Positions 23,156-35,417 of a stretch of DNA of 64,000 nucleotides are shown in pieces. This stretch comes from Octopus sinensis (Eukaryota). The notes beneath the pieces are model-generated. The model made no database searches, was not told where the DNA came from, and saw nothing but the letters and a program-made list of their open reading frames with translations. The position numbers were made by a program, and so were the translations under genes. Each line of letters opens with the position of its first letter. The first letter of the stretch is position 1. The stretch covers positions 30,752,001 to 30,816,000 of the forward strand of contig NC_043003.1 in NCBI RefSeq assembly GCF_006345805.1, read 5' to 3'.

Positions 23156-23984
23156 TACATACATACATAAAACATGCATGCATATGCACATATTATGTAC
23201 ATTGATATCATCATCATCATCATCATTTAACGTCCACCTTCCATGCTAGTATAGATTGGATGGTTTGACAGGAGCCTGCTCCAGATTTCTGTGTCTGTTT
23301 TGGCCAGGATTTTATGGCTGGATGCCCTTCTTAACACCAACCATTCAGCAGAGTGGACTGTGCTTTTTACCTGGCACAAGCACAGGTGAGGTCAGGCAAG
23401 GTTTTTACAGCTTGATGCCCTTCCAAATGCCAACCACTTTACAGTGTGAACTGGATGCTTTCCATGTGGCATCAGCACTGGCAGGGTCACCAAGTAACTT
23501 GCAAGAGAGAGGAGGGGGCATTGAACGAAGTGATCTTGTGTCAGATGAGAAGTTATAGCAAGACAAAGAGATAGAAACAGGTGTCTTGCTGTAGAGGAGG
23601 TACATGGTTACCTAGCCAAAGAGAGAGATATCAGGAATGAGGACAGAAGCAGGTGTGCTGCTGTAAAAGAGATACAGGGTTACCTAGCCTGAGGGAAGAG
23701 CAGGAGAAGGACGGAGAGAGAGAGAATGGGAGACAGCAAGAGAACAGGAAAGAGATGGTGATAGAGTGCCGGGCATACTCAAAAGAGACAGGGATCAGAA
23801 TATAAATGGGATGGCCAAGTATAAGAAGAGAGAGACAGATGGGGGCAAATGCCAGGGCATACCCTTGAGGTATGGAGGTAACAATATGAGTAGCAGGACA
23901 TTGCCAATGAAGCGTGAGTTGAGAGTGAGAGAATGAGGAGTGCAACACATGCATGCATAGCTATGTGTGTGTGTGTGTGTGTGT

Positions 23985-24340
23985 TGGCTGTGTGGTAAGT
24001 AGCTTGCTTACCAACCACATGGTTCCAGGTTCAGTTCCACTGTGTGGCACTTTGGGCATGTGTCTTCTACTATAACCTCAGGCTGACCAAAACCTTGTGA
24101 GTGGATTTGGTAGACGGAAATTGAAAGAAGCCTGTCGTGTGTCTGTGTTTGTCCCCCCTCCCATCATCACTTGACAACTGATGTTGGTGTGTTTATAGTC
24201 CCCGTAACTTAGTGGTTCAGCAAAAGAAACTGATGGAATAAGTACTAGGCTTACAAAGAATAAGTCCTGGGGTTGATGTGTTCGAATAAAGGCAGTGCTC
24301 CAGCATGGCTGCAGTCAAATGACTGAAACGAATAAAAGAA
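23985..24340 (+). mobile_element. CORE-type SINE
   Basis: Same head, core and tail as 3887-4287. Confidence 0.8.
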
Positions 24341-25699
24341 TATATGTGTGTGTGTGTGTATGTATGTGTCTCTCTATCTATGAGTTATTTCTCAACTCAT
24401 TTTAGCTAATTTTAGTTTTGTTTATGCCAATTATCGAGGCCATTAGAGACTTCTATTCATCTTTTGTTATATATCTATTTTGTTCAACTGGAAACAAGGA
24501 AAGGCAACTGCTGTGCTGGTGATGCCTGTTGAAGCAGTAGTACATGTACACAGCGTACCACTTGTCTCCAATTGATTAAATTGCCTTTTCCTTAATCGCT
24601 TATCAGTTTCAAAATATCCTTGATTTTTGAAATTATTCCCTCACCACTATCCATTTGGAGATAGTTCCAATCACCATAAAAAAATTGTCCTACATTCTGG
24701 GAGCAAAGATAATTTCAATAAATCAAAAATTTATCTTATTTGTTATTTGAAATACACTTTTACTCTTTTACTTGTTTCAGTCATTTGACTGCGGCCATGC
24801 TGGAGCACCGCCTTTAGTCGAGCAAATCAACCCCGGGACTTATTCTTTGTAAGCCCAGTACTTATTCGATCGGTCTCTTTTGCCAAACTGCTAAGTGACG
24901 GGGACGTAAACACACCAGCATCAGTTGTCAAGCAATGCTAGGGGGACAAACACAGACACACAAACACACATACATATATACATATATACGACAGGCTTCT
25001 TTCAGTTTCCGTCTACAAAATCCACTCACAAGGCATTGGTCGGCCCGGGGCTCGTTCAATTTTTTTTATCCAAGTACATGAAACTGACCACTGAGTTCTT
25101 CCTCTTAGCTCATTTTTTTTTGTTTTATTCATATCATCATCATAATCTTATCATGGTTTAATTGTCCATTTTTCATGCTGACATAGGTTGGATAGCTTGG
25201 CAGGAGCTTGCAAGCCAGAAAACTCCATCAGGCTCTGCTGTTTGCTTTTGCACGGTTTCTATAGTTGGATGCCTTTCCTAACACCAACGACTTTACAGAG
25301 TTTACTGGATGCTTTTTGTTTGGTACCAGCAGCAGTGGTGATGATGATACATACATACATATACATAACCTAGTGGTTAGGCTGTTGCACTCATGATCGC
25401 TAGACCGTAAGTTTGATTCCCTGACTGGACAGCACATTGTGTTCTTGAGCAAAACACTTTATTTCACATAGCTCCAGTCCTGCTTTTGATCAAGGGGGAA
25501 TATTGGCCTGCTCGCCTAGCCAGTGGGGTGTCATGATTTGAAGGCTAAAACAATGCAAAAGCACATTGTTACCAGCAATGTGTAACAACATCTGACAGCC
25601 TGATCAGTCATGTGAGCATGTGATATATATCTATACTATAATGGAGAAAGCTGCTTATTATATATATTATATATTATTATATATAAAAAAATGATAAAT

Positions 25700-25945
25700 G
25701 TGCCCTTTTAAAGCCTAGCCAGACTCATGGGCCCGGTTTCCCAGTTTCTATGGCATATGTGTTCCCCAGCTTGACGGGACGCCAGTCCATCACAGCGTTA
25801 CTCATTTTTGCCAGCTGAGTGGACTGGAGCAATGTGAAATGAAGTGCTTTGCTCAAGAACACAACGCCTCACCCGGTCCAGGAATTGAAACCACAATCTT
25901 ACGATCATGATGCTGACACTCTAACCACTAAGCCATGCGCCTCCA
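25700..25945 (-). mobile_element. tRNA-head SINE variant (CORE-like middle plus Meta-like 3' part)
   Basis: Head ggaggcgcatggcttagtggttag, middle ttcttgagcaaagcacttcatttcacattgctccagtccactcagctg, and a 3' part shared with 60776-61058. Confidence 0.65.
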
Positions 25946-27536
25946 CTATATTATTATATATATATCTATACTATAGTGGAGAAAGCTGCTTATTATTTAG
26001 TAAGTATGTAACAATTACTAAAAGTACTAAAAGAAAGCAATTATTAAAGAGTTGACTGTCTGCAAATATTTTTTATGAATTCATGTTCTAAGAAATTTCC
26101 TATAATTTTGATATCTTGAGTTTATTGAATTTTTATTGAATTTAAATATTCACTGCATCCTATTCATCACAAATTTAAATATTCATTGCATTCACTACGG
26201 AGTATTCCATTTTCATTTGTAAAGTTTCTCACTTTCTCTTTTAAGTTTTAATTCGCTATTAATGTATACGTAATGTAAAAACATTATTTATTGAATGAAA
26301 ATTTTTTAAAATACCCGTATAATTTTTTTAACATGAGGTAGCTGTGAGAAGAGCCTAGAAAGTTGGGTAATTACTATAAAAAGATGAGAAAAGAAACAAA
26401 AATTTACTGACAAGTACTCAAAACTGGCATCTTATTCACACTTTCCAAACACTTCAACAGTGACACATACACACACACACACCCCTATACACATTTGTGC
26501 ACACACATAGATACACATACACACAAAATGAAAAGCAATGAATGTGTGTATGCATGCTGTTCACTGATAAAATTTTTCGAGCTGCATCACTTTTGTGAAG
26601 TTTTGTCAGTGAACAGGTTGCGGTTTCAAAGCACCAAAACTGTTATGATACAAATAAAGTTTTAATATTGAAGTGAAACTAATGGTATTTATGTGTTCTT
26701 GAATGGTTTACAAACATCTTCCACACTGCAATTGTTTTGTTTCAGCACACGATCTCAGATCAAGTCACTTGCTATGCAAGTACATCTCCATAATTTTTTT
26801 CAATCACTGTAGATAAATGCCAGCAACGACCTTCTCAGGCTCTCCAATATTTTAATTTCTAAACAGAAAATCGGGGGCAGGAAGTGGGGTTGCAAAAAAT
26901 TCATAATTTCTCAAATTTTCTTTTTTTTATAACATATAAATAAATGTATTTATGGGGGAAAAATATTGAAAAACATCAATAGATGCAAGAGTGATAAAGA
27001 AACGAAGAGGGTTGTCTTTGGATGTGCTAGAAACAACAACCAAATCGCCCATAAATCACTTTTCCCTCTGAAAATATTAACAATTTATTTATATTTTTTT
27101 TTACCGAAAATGCTCTTACCATGGTTTTGAAGTGCAAAAAAGAAAAAAAAAATGGCCAAAATAGGTCCAGAGTTGGATGATGAGAGAGGGGGTGTATGTA
27201 AAAAAAACAAAGAGTTTTTAAAACATTTTTCATACAAAGATGCCTCCTTGCAACCCCATCATTTCGGAGGCTGTGGTTTAAAAAAAAAAAAAAAAAATGG
27301 GGAAAATACCCGAAAACATTTTCCCCACAAATTTCTTCATAATCGTAACCTATGCCATTTGAAAGGGATTTGTATAAATTTTCATTAACAGATACCGGTC
27401 TTCCTGAAAGTTATGAAGGAAAAAAGTCAGATCGTGTTAATTTTCTGAAACTCCTCCCTCCACCCACTCACAAAAATTCTTCCACATAAATCCCTCTGTA
27501 CTCTGAAGCCACAACATCTAAACGGTATTTGTAGAA

Positions 27537-27767
27537 GGCGGCAAGCTGGCAGAAACATTAGCGCACCGGACGAAATGCCTAGCGGTATTTCGTCTGTCGT
27601 TACGTTCTGAGTTCAAATTCCGCCGAGGTCGACTTTGTCTTTCATCCTTCCGGGGTCGATAAATAAAGTACCAGTTTTGCACTGGGGTCGATATAATCGA
27701 CTTAATCCCTTTGTCTGTCCTTGTTTGTCCCCTCTATGTTTAGCCCCTTGTGGGTAGTAAAGAAATA
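27537..27767 (+). mobile_element. Full-length Nin/Deu-like SINE (tail type 2) with a 13-bp TSD
   Basis: TSD GGTATTTGTAGAA at 27524-27536 and 27768-27780, with head, core and tail intact. Confidence 0.9.
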
Positions 27768-28647
27768 GGTATTTGTAGAAACTTTTGTTAAAAAGTATCC
27801 ATTTTTCTTGATGCTATGAGGTAACAAAGTCAGGGGAATACACATCTGTAGTAATGACCTTTTATATATATGATTTTTTTCATTTTATATTTATTTCATT
27901 CATTGTTTGCAATGTTCTCTCTCTGTCTTTCTCACACACACTGCAAAGCTTACAGATGGGTTGCTGAACTGAAATCACTATGTTACTCTGAGGAGAAGGT
28001 AAAACTTGATAAACTGCTTCTCCCTCTGTTGTAGGACTACCGTGACGTTTGTTTTAAAAAAAGAGATTATGACTGTGATGAAATAATGACAGCAATATTT
28101 ACTAAGCAAGTGAGCGCTATTATACAAAGAAATAATTAGATGTAAAATATTAAAATTATTAGAAATGGAAATCAAATGTGAAAATATTATCAAGGGTGTA
28201 GCAGAAAACCGCCCGGAGGGCAGTCTTTCTGCTTTCATAATACTAAAACCCCAGAGATGTTTGTGTGAACACAAACACACGTCCGTATCTGTTACATATA
28301 CACACACATAGTGTTTGTGCTCTCTAAGAAAGAAAAACAAAACGTCGACTTTTTGACATACACACTATTTTAATAATTTAGAAATATTTTTAACTGAATG
28401 TGATTTCAAAAATGTAAGTTTTGTTCAGTTTTTATATTTGAGATTTTTTTAAACAGACAATATTTTTGTTTTTTTTTAAAAATATTTTCAAGTAATGACG
28501 ATCTTTCGCTTATTGTCAGGAGTTCGTTAATTTCCGTGAACATTTTTTATTTATTTACTTATGTTTTAAAGTAAAGAGACGATAAAGTGAAAGATGTATG
28601 TACGTGTATATGAAATGGATTTGTGTGTGTGTGTGAAAGAGGGAGAA

Positions 28648-28691
<44 letters not shown>

Positions 28692-28850
28692 AAGAAAGAG
28701 ATAGAGAGTGTGAGTGAAGGTATGTGTTGTCATGTATACGTATATACATCCTTTTTGTATGTATGTGTGCTTGTGTTTATGAGAGAGAGAGTGAGTGAGT
28801 GAAGGGGTGTGTTGTCATGTATACGTACATACATTCTTTGTATGTTTGTG

Positions 28851-28889
<39 letters not shown>

Positions 28890-29150
28890 TCAACGTGTGT
28901 GTTCTCATGTATGAGTAAGTGGCACTCTCTCTCTTTCTCTCTCTCTCTCACACACACACACAAATCCATTTCATATACACGTTAATATGTCTTTCACTTT
29001 AAAATAAAAATAAATAAAATTTTTTTACAGAAATTAACGAACAAAACCAGCTGATCCGGATGACAGTTCTGAGAGACAAAGCAACAGTTTTGCCCCAAGG
29101 GAAAACCATTACAAAAATAATTTGGAGTGCATTCAACGTATCTCAGGTCC

Positions 29151-29269
29151 AAAGATTTGGCTGCTATTTCCAGCACGCCCTGCTACCAAGTAACAGCTAT
29201 TTGCGATAAAAGATCCGAAATACCTGTTACGTGCTGACAGGGCGTGCAAGAAATAGCAGCCAAATCTTT
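29151..29269. mobile_element. Short hairpin MITE-like element
   Basis: Arms aaagatttggctgctatttc.agcacgccctg and cagggcgtgc.agaaatagcagccaaatcttt. Half-copies (gctagaaatagcagc) lie near 6190, 8945, 54655, 59175, 61800 and 62070. Confidence 0.6.
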
Positions 29270-29520
29270 CCATTTCTGGTGAAAGGAGCCATTTACGCGT
29301 GATTTCGACGTTACATTCATTGAAAGCATGTGAAATAACCTAGAAAAGAAAAAAAAAAAACCCACAAAACAAAACTCCGTTACTGGGAAATTCAGACATT
29401 CCAGGTGACCCAATGAGTCACAGGTAGTCTAGTCTAGTCTAGTATAGATATATATATATAGATATATATATTATATATATATATATATATGTATAAGGGT
29501 GAAAAGGAACACACGAGTTG

Positions 29521-30792
29521 ATATATATGAAAAAACAAGTAAAAAATAGAAAATGCTAAAATAATTTTATAGTGAACATTTCAGTACCGGTTTCGGTCAT
29601 TTTGAGACCTTTTCAACTGTAACGATTAAATAATTAAATTTAGAAAAATTAGAAGAAAAGTTTTCTTAAAAGAATATTTCTATAGTAGTGTTCAGATTTA
29701 AGTGGCATTCTGCCTTTCTCTGACTCCCTTGTTTGCACTTGTGTGTTCGAGGTAGTTGTGAGTTCTTGGTAGGGTAGTAGAGGGAAGGCTGGTGAGGAAA
29801 GGGGGGTGGGAGAATCTGGGAGTGCCCTGATGGTCGTATTTTGAATGGTCAGTGGCGGCTGGCAGTCTCAGTTCAATTCAGGAGAATATTTATATTGACA
29901 GGCTTGTTTATAGAATTAGCGTAGGTGTTATACTAAAAAACATTAGTGACAAACTTAAGGGGTAGGGGTGGAGAAGAAGAGAAGAAGAAGAAGAGAAGAA
30001 GAGAAGGAGAAGGAGAAGATGATGGTGATGGTGGTGATGATTATGACGACGATGATGATGATAACGATGATGATGAAGAAGAAGAAGGAGGAGAAGGAGA
30101 AGATGGTGGTGATGATGGTGGCGATGATGATGACGCCGATGATGATGATAACGATGATGATGAAGAAGAAGAAGAAGAAAAAAACAGAGAAGGGAGAATA
30201 TGAATGGGTGTACATATAGCTATGAAGGGGCTGATTAGTAATGGATTCTATGGAGTGTAGTATTTGTGTGTGTATATATATATATTTTTTTCTTTTATTC
30301 TAAAGTTGAGGTATATTAATTGTTTGTCGTAGACCCGTTAAGAAGTGGCTTGTATTTTGTAATAAAGAGATGTTTTTTAGTATAACACCTACGCTAATTC
30401 TATAAACAAGCCTGTCAATATAAATATTCTCCTGAATTGAACTGAGACTGCCAGCCGCCACTGACCATTCAAAATACGACCATCAGGGCACTCCCAGATT
30501 CTCCCACCCCCCTTTCCTCACCAGCCTTCCCTCTACTACCCTACCAAGAACTCACAACTACCTCGAACACACAAGTGCAAACAAGGGAGTCAGAGAAAGG
30601 CAGAATGCCACTTAAATCTGAACACTACTATAGAAATATTCTTTTAAGAAAACTTTTCTTCTAATTTTTCTAAATTTAATTATTTAATCGTTACAGTTGA
30701 AAAGGTCTCAAAATGACCGAAACCGGTACTGAAATGTTCACTATAAAATTATTTTAGCATTTTCTATTTTTTACTTGTTTTTTCATATATAT
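29521..30792. mobile_element. Perfect 423-bp inverted repeat with 426-bp spacer; Penelope-like inverted pseudo-LTR structure
   Basis: 29521-29943 is the exact reverse complement of 30370-30792 (checked line by line). Both outer ends abut (TA)n, each arm carries a hammerhead-like motif, and the spacer holds (GAA)/(GAT) repeats. The repeat itself is certain; the Penelope identity is inferred. Confidence 0.7.
30691..30734 (+). ncRNA. Minimal type I hammerhead ribozyme motif (U3-A8 core variant); mirror copy on minus strand at 29579-29622
   Basis: TTACAG (stem I) - TTGAAAA (core 3-9) - GGTC tcaaaat GACC (stem II) - GAAA - CCGG - TA (GUA cleavage triplet) - CTGAAA (stem I'). Confidence 0.6.
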
Positions 30793-30929
30793 ATATATAT
30801 AGATAGATAGATAAAACTTACTTCGAAAAGGATGTGTGGCGTTCGATCATATAATAATATAAATATATGCATATATACATACATGTACATACCTACATAT
30901 GTATGTGTATATACATGCATGTATGATAT

Positions 30930-31350
30930 AGGGCATAAAAAAAACCTTGAACACAATGAGAAATGAAAACATAAAAACAAAAACATAGAAAACGAACTTT
31001 TTTTCGAACAACGAAAAAAAAGCCAAACAAACAGAGAAACGAGACATGCAACATAAAGAGTATTCCCCTTCATCAGTTGTCCCTGTTTCATCTACTCCAC
31101 AATTTCGAAGGCAAGGATAATACGTGACTTCGTTGAAACAGCCCTTCCTGCAAAGCAAATTTAATAAAATTTGGGATTTTTTGCGAAGGATGAAAGTGGT
31201 AACAAAAACAGGACAGTGAGAACAAGACAGTAAAAACAAACGGTGAGGGTTGTTAAGCCAAGATGCTAGAAAAATTATTATGAATGCTAGGAAGACGAGC
31301 TTATGAGAGGAGACAGGTATAATCATAAAAAGAATATTTTAGCGGCATTA
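30930..31350 (-). mobile_element. Probable Penelope-like 3' remnant
   Basis: A-rich text like the 6790 element, a CTGATGA motif on the minus strand at 31070-31076, and an adjacent (TA)/(CATA) tract. Confidence 0.35.
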
Positions 31351-31538
31351 TAAGGCTATGAGCTGGCAGAATCCCTTAAACGAGGTACATATTCATACGG
31401 CACAGAATGTTTTTTTTTACCTCAATAGACGTCACTGATTGGTTGAAATTGCAGAAATTGAAGAAAAAACAACAAATATCTTACAAACTATAGAACTTTC
31501 TCAATAAAGCCAAGCGAAAAAGATGTTTTATTAACACA

Positions 31539-32849
31539 CTAGCAGTATCGCCCGGCGTTGCTCGGGTTTGTAAGGGAAATAACTATATAAGCATTTTTAG
31601 AGAGTTATATCCAAAAAATAGCAAAAAATGCATTAAAAATGGAAAAAATATGATGGTAAATTTTTTTTTAAATCGTTGACTCATCGTAGACATTTTTAGA
31701 GAGTTACTTCCCTTATATAATAGCGAAAAAATGCATTAAAATGAAAAAAAAACGATGGTAAATTTTTTTTTAAATCGTAGACTCATGTAGACGCTTTCTT
31801 AGCCATTTCTGTTTTGGTGTCTTCAAGCCATGAAGTCGTTGTTCTAAAAGAACACTGGTCTCCTTGACAACGCATTACGACGTTGATTTCCTTACACTAC
31901 CTTCCCCACAGGTGCAGGTGTGAGCGTGGACGCCAACTCCGCCGCCATCGACACACGAAAAATTATGCATTAAAATGGAATAAAAAATGATGTTAAATTA
32001 TTTTTAAAATCGTAGACTCATCGTAGACGCGCGCTAATAGTCAGACGGACTCGATATGAATCACGACTATAAGCTACCCGAATTTGGTTAAACTGTACCG
32101 CAAAATGTGGGAGTAGTTAGGAATCTAAATCGAAGGGGACAGACACTCACACAACTACAGTTTTATATATATAGATATACATAGCGCAGTAGTGGTGAGA
32201 TATGACAGCAAAGAAAAGCATACATTCACTCTCTGCATGCAATTAGACTCGGAAAGTTCGTGAGGAACCCATTGACCCAATTTGCTGACTTTTCCGATAG
32301 CACACAGGTGTCAATGAATGGTTGAATGACCAAATCCAAGCTTCTCTGCTAGTTCCTCAACAGTTACGATGATATTTTGTTCCACCAGGGTTTTCAGGAT
32401 GTCCTTGTCGAGTTCTACAGATCTTTCAGGATGAGGCTCGTCTTCTAGGCTGTAGTTTATGGCTCGGGATTTCTGGAACCACCATTGACACTGCCTTACG
32501 CTTATTGTCCAATCCCCATATACTGCATTAATATTTCTTGTACTTTGCACACATTTATATTCTGTTATTCTTTTATATGTTTCAGCCTTGAGGTTGTGGC
32601 CATGCTGGATCATGTGTGTGTGTGTGTGTGTCTATCTGTCTGTCTGTCTGTATGTATATATGTATATGTATGTGTGTGAACAATAATATTTTCAACAGAT
32701 GTGTTGCAAATGTATCTGATTGTTCTCAAGCTTCAATATTGTGTGTGTGTGTGTATGTGTGTGTGTGTATGTATGTATGTATATGTATGTATGTATGTAT
32801 ATGTATGTATGTATGTATGTGTGTATGTATGTATGTGTGTGTGTATGTA

Positions 32850-32880
<31 letters not shown>

Positions 32881-33340
32881 ATGTATGTATGTATGTATGT
32901 ATGTATGTATGTATGAGTGTATGTTTACTTTATTACTAATTACTCTCTTCCAAGAACATTTTCACTCACTCTTAGCTCTTAGCTTCCCATACATTTTACT
33001 CATGTATCTATCAGCGTCATAGACAGAATACTTTCACTTTAGTCTTCCTCAAATCACTCTGTCGCTATTTACTTTCATTTTATTCGTTGCCCACTGTGTG
33101 TGTGCGTTTGCGTGTGGTGTAAACCAGACTAAGAAAAGCATTTGACACACACACCAGAATGTGAGTTTTCTGTAAATTTTAGCTTAATTGGAGTTTAAAT
33201 TTTAAAAACTGGACCTGGCATGACGCGATACATTGTACTCTCAAAAATGCTAGGTAAATTGTAATTGAAGAAATCCTATATTGTAGATTTGTATAACTCC
33301 CAAAGGGAGGCAGATAAAATCTGCCTTTTATAATAAGAGA
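31539..33340 (-). mobile_element. Non-autonomous composite Helitron, 1802 bp
   Basis: On the minus strand, 5' TCTCTTATTATAAAAGGCAGA at 33340 and 3' CCCG-AGCAACGC-CGGG hairpin plus CTAG ending at 31539. It sits between A and T with no TSD. There is a second internal 5' terminus TCTATATATATAAAACTG at 32175 and three ~65-bp subterminal repeats (near 31630, 31730 and 31965). Confidence 0.85.
32290..32555 (-). pseudogene. Mariner transposase N-terminal fragment (same family as 14590-15410), inside the Helitron
   Basis: STRNINAVYGDWTISVRQCQWWFQKSRAINYSLEDEPHPERSVELDKDILKTLVEQNIIVTVEELAEKLG. Confidence 0.8.
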
Positions 33341-33639
33341 TTCTACCAGTATACGAAGTTTAAAAGTGTTTAGTTACCTAGAAATTATGTTGAAAACTGC
33401 CGTTCAAACCGAAAAGATCCCACTTCACTGTCTGGCTGAGGCTCGACTAAACTTTCTTAATAAACTGCCACCACAAATTGCTAGGTATGTTCATTTTTTA
33501 TCAACTAACGAAGATAAAATCCCTAACGGAAAAATATTAAAGCGAAACCCCAGTTCCAAGAGAACTAGCCAACAACGAAACATCCACCAATCCAGCCATC
33601 ACTCCATGCATACATACATACATGCATGCGTAATACATA

Positions 33640-33905
33640 CATCATCATCATCGTTCGACCGTGGTCAAGACAATGGAATTTACCATGCTACGCCAGACTT
33701 TACGGTCCATCATGGCATTACGGAGGTCCTGTTGCTGGATGCCTGTATCCCTGGAGATTACATCAGGGTAGGAGAGTGTGCGCCCTCTGGCATTGCGAGT
33801 AGATGGCTTCCAGAGGAGAAGAGTAGAAATGACTTCCTTTTCAGCTCTACAACAATGTCCAGCAAACTGGACTCTCCTACCTTTCACAAGAGATGACACA
33901 GGTGG
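33640..33905 (-). mobile_element. 3' end of a second RTE-type LINE family
   Basis: RRVQFAGHCCRAEKEVISTLLLWKPS...RGRTLSYPDVISRDTG...MMDRKVWRS followed by a (GAT)n tail. Confidence 0.8.
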
Positions 33906-34094
33906 TAGTTTCCCATATACATACATACATATATACATACAAACAAACAACTTTCTTCATTAAGATTCATTTCAATTTAGGACCGAAAAGCGAGGATGCC
34001 CACTAAACTTGAAGTCAAATGAAGAGACTCGTGATGTTTATATGCACATTACAGTTATGGTAAACAAGCAGTTTACAGAGGCAAAAGGAAGTGA

Positions 34095-34500
34095 AAGTAG
34101 GTGTGATTGTGTGGTGAAAAGCCTGCTTCCCAACTATATAGTTCTGGGTTCAGTCCCACAACATGGCACCATTGCGGAAATGTCTTCTATACTACAGCTT
34201 CGCGCCGACCAAAGGCTTGCGAGTGGATTTAGTAGACGAAAACTATAAGGAGCCTGTCATATATACATAAATCTATGTGTGTGTGTGTCTTCGTGTCTAT
34301 GTTTGTCTCCTACCACTGCCAAACAAACGATATTGGTGTGTTTACGTCCACGTAACTTAGCGATTTGGCATAAGAGACCCATAGACTAAGTACCGTGCTT
34401 AGAAGACAAAATAATTACTGGGGTCGATTCATTCGACTAAAAATTCTTGAAGGCGGTGCCCCAGCATGGCCGCAGTGTAATGACTGAAACACGTAAAAGA
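34095..34500 (+). mobile_element. CORE-type SINE, diverged
   Basis: Colinear with 3887-4287. Confidence 0.75.
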
Positions 34501-34649
34501 TAACAGATGAATTATCCTAAGAAAGTGAAAGTAAACTGCGATAGAAACAGAAAGTGACGACAATGACATCCCAAAATTTCATAAAAAAAGAACATAAAGA
34601 ATTCCTACATTATGCTATTCCCAATGGTTACTACATGTATAGAACTTTC

Positions 34650-35055
34650 GGATCTTTTCGGTTTGAACGGCAGTTTTTAAAAATAATTTCCACGTAACTA
34701 AACACTTTTAAACTTCGTATACTGGTAGAATGTGTTTATAAAACATCTTTTTCTCTTGGCTTATTGAGAAAATACTATGGTTTGTAAGATATTTGTTGTT
34801 TTTTTTCTTCAATTTCTGCAATTTCAACCAATCAATGACGTCTATTGAGGTGAAAACATTCTGTGCCGTATTCTGTTTAAGAAACAGATTGGGTTTATTT
34901 ACATTTCCGAAGAAAAAAAGCTACCCTTCCCCCCACCCCTAACCCTAACCTTAAAACAGATTGAAATGCAATAGATCGATACTAGGGTCATAATTATGGG
35001 TGACAATTTCTTATGACACCGCTAGAAAAAACTGCCGATCAAACCGAAAAGATCC
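34650..35055. mobile_element. Merlin-like MITE, copy 2
   Basis: Same TIRs. TSD GAACTTTC at 34642-34649 and 35056-35063. Confidence 0.9.
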
Positions 35056-35417
35056 GAACTTTCTAGTGATATGTTAAGTATTTCAGAAGTAGCAACTGAG
35101 ACATTCCACTCCAATATACTATACCCAGCAACGAATATCACTGAGAAGTGTGACTGCTTACATCGTATATCAAACGCATATGTGATTTTCAAGTTATATT
35201 AAATATATATGTACGTTTTGTACATTGGTTTTGGTCACATATAGTGTTTATATAAAATTATGGGATATCACTATTACCACTTCAAGTTTCCATCGCAATT
35301 TAATTTAATCTTTTCGACGACAATTTACTTTCACTTTTTTTTACGGCCGTAAACTGCATGTTAACCTCTTCCTCCTACATTTCCCATGTTTCTCAGCTTT
35401 TGGAAATCTTCTTCGGA

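Larger units (their letters stand above)
31376..33420. mobile_element. Fourth, left-truncated Merlin-like MITE copy split by a Helitron (pieces 31376-31538 and 33341-33420)
   Basis: ...agatgttttattaacaca | ttctaccagtatacgaagtt...aaactgccgttcaaaccgaaaagatcc rejoins to the intact sequence seen at 49021-49121. Confidence 0.85.

Noticed and set aside
26870-27390. A/T-run-rich block with short inverted motifs (ggggttgcaa / ttgcaacccc)
   Set aside because: It is probably a decayed DNA transposon, but boundaries and TSD could not be supported.
27956-27998. Possible 43-nt exon reading WVAELKSLCYSEEK, faintly small-GTPase-like
   Set aside because: The donor is weak (gtaaaa), the segment is too short for homology, and there are no partner exons.
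29946-30219. Acidic D/E-rich ORF resembling a chaperone or nucleolin tract
   Set aside because: It is a GAA/GAT trinucleotide repeat open in several frames, with no splice context or flanking domain.
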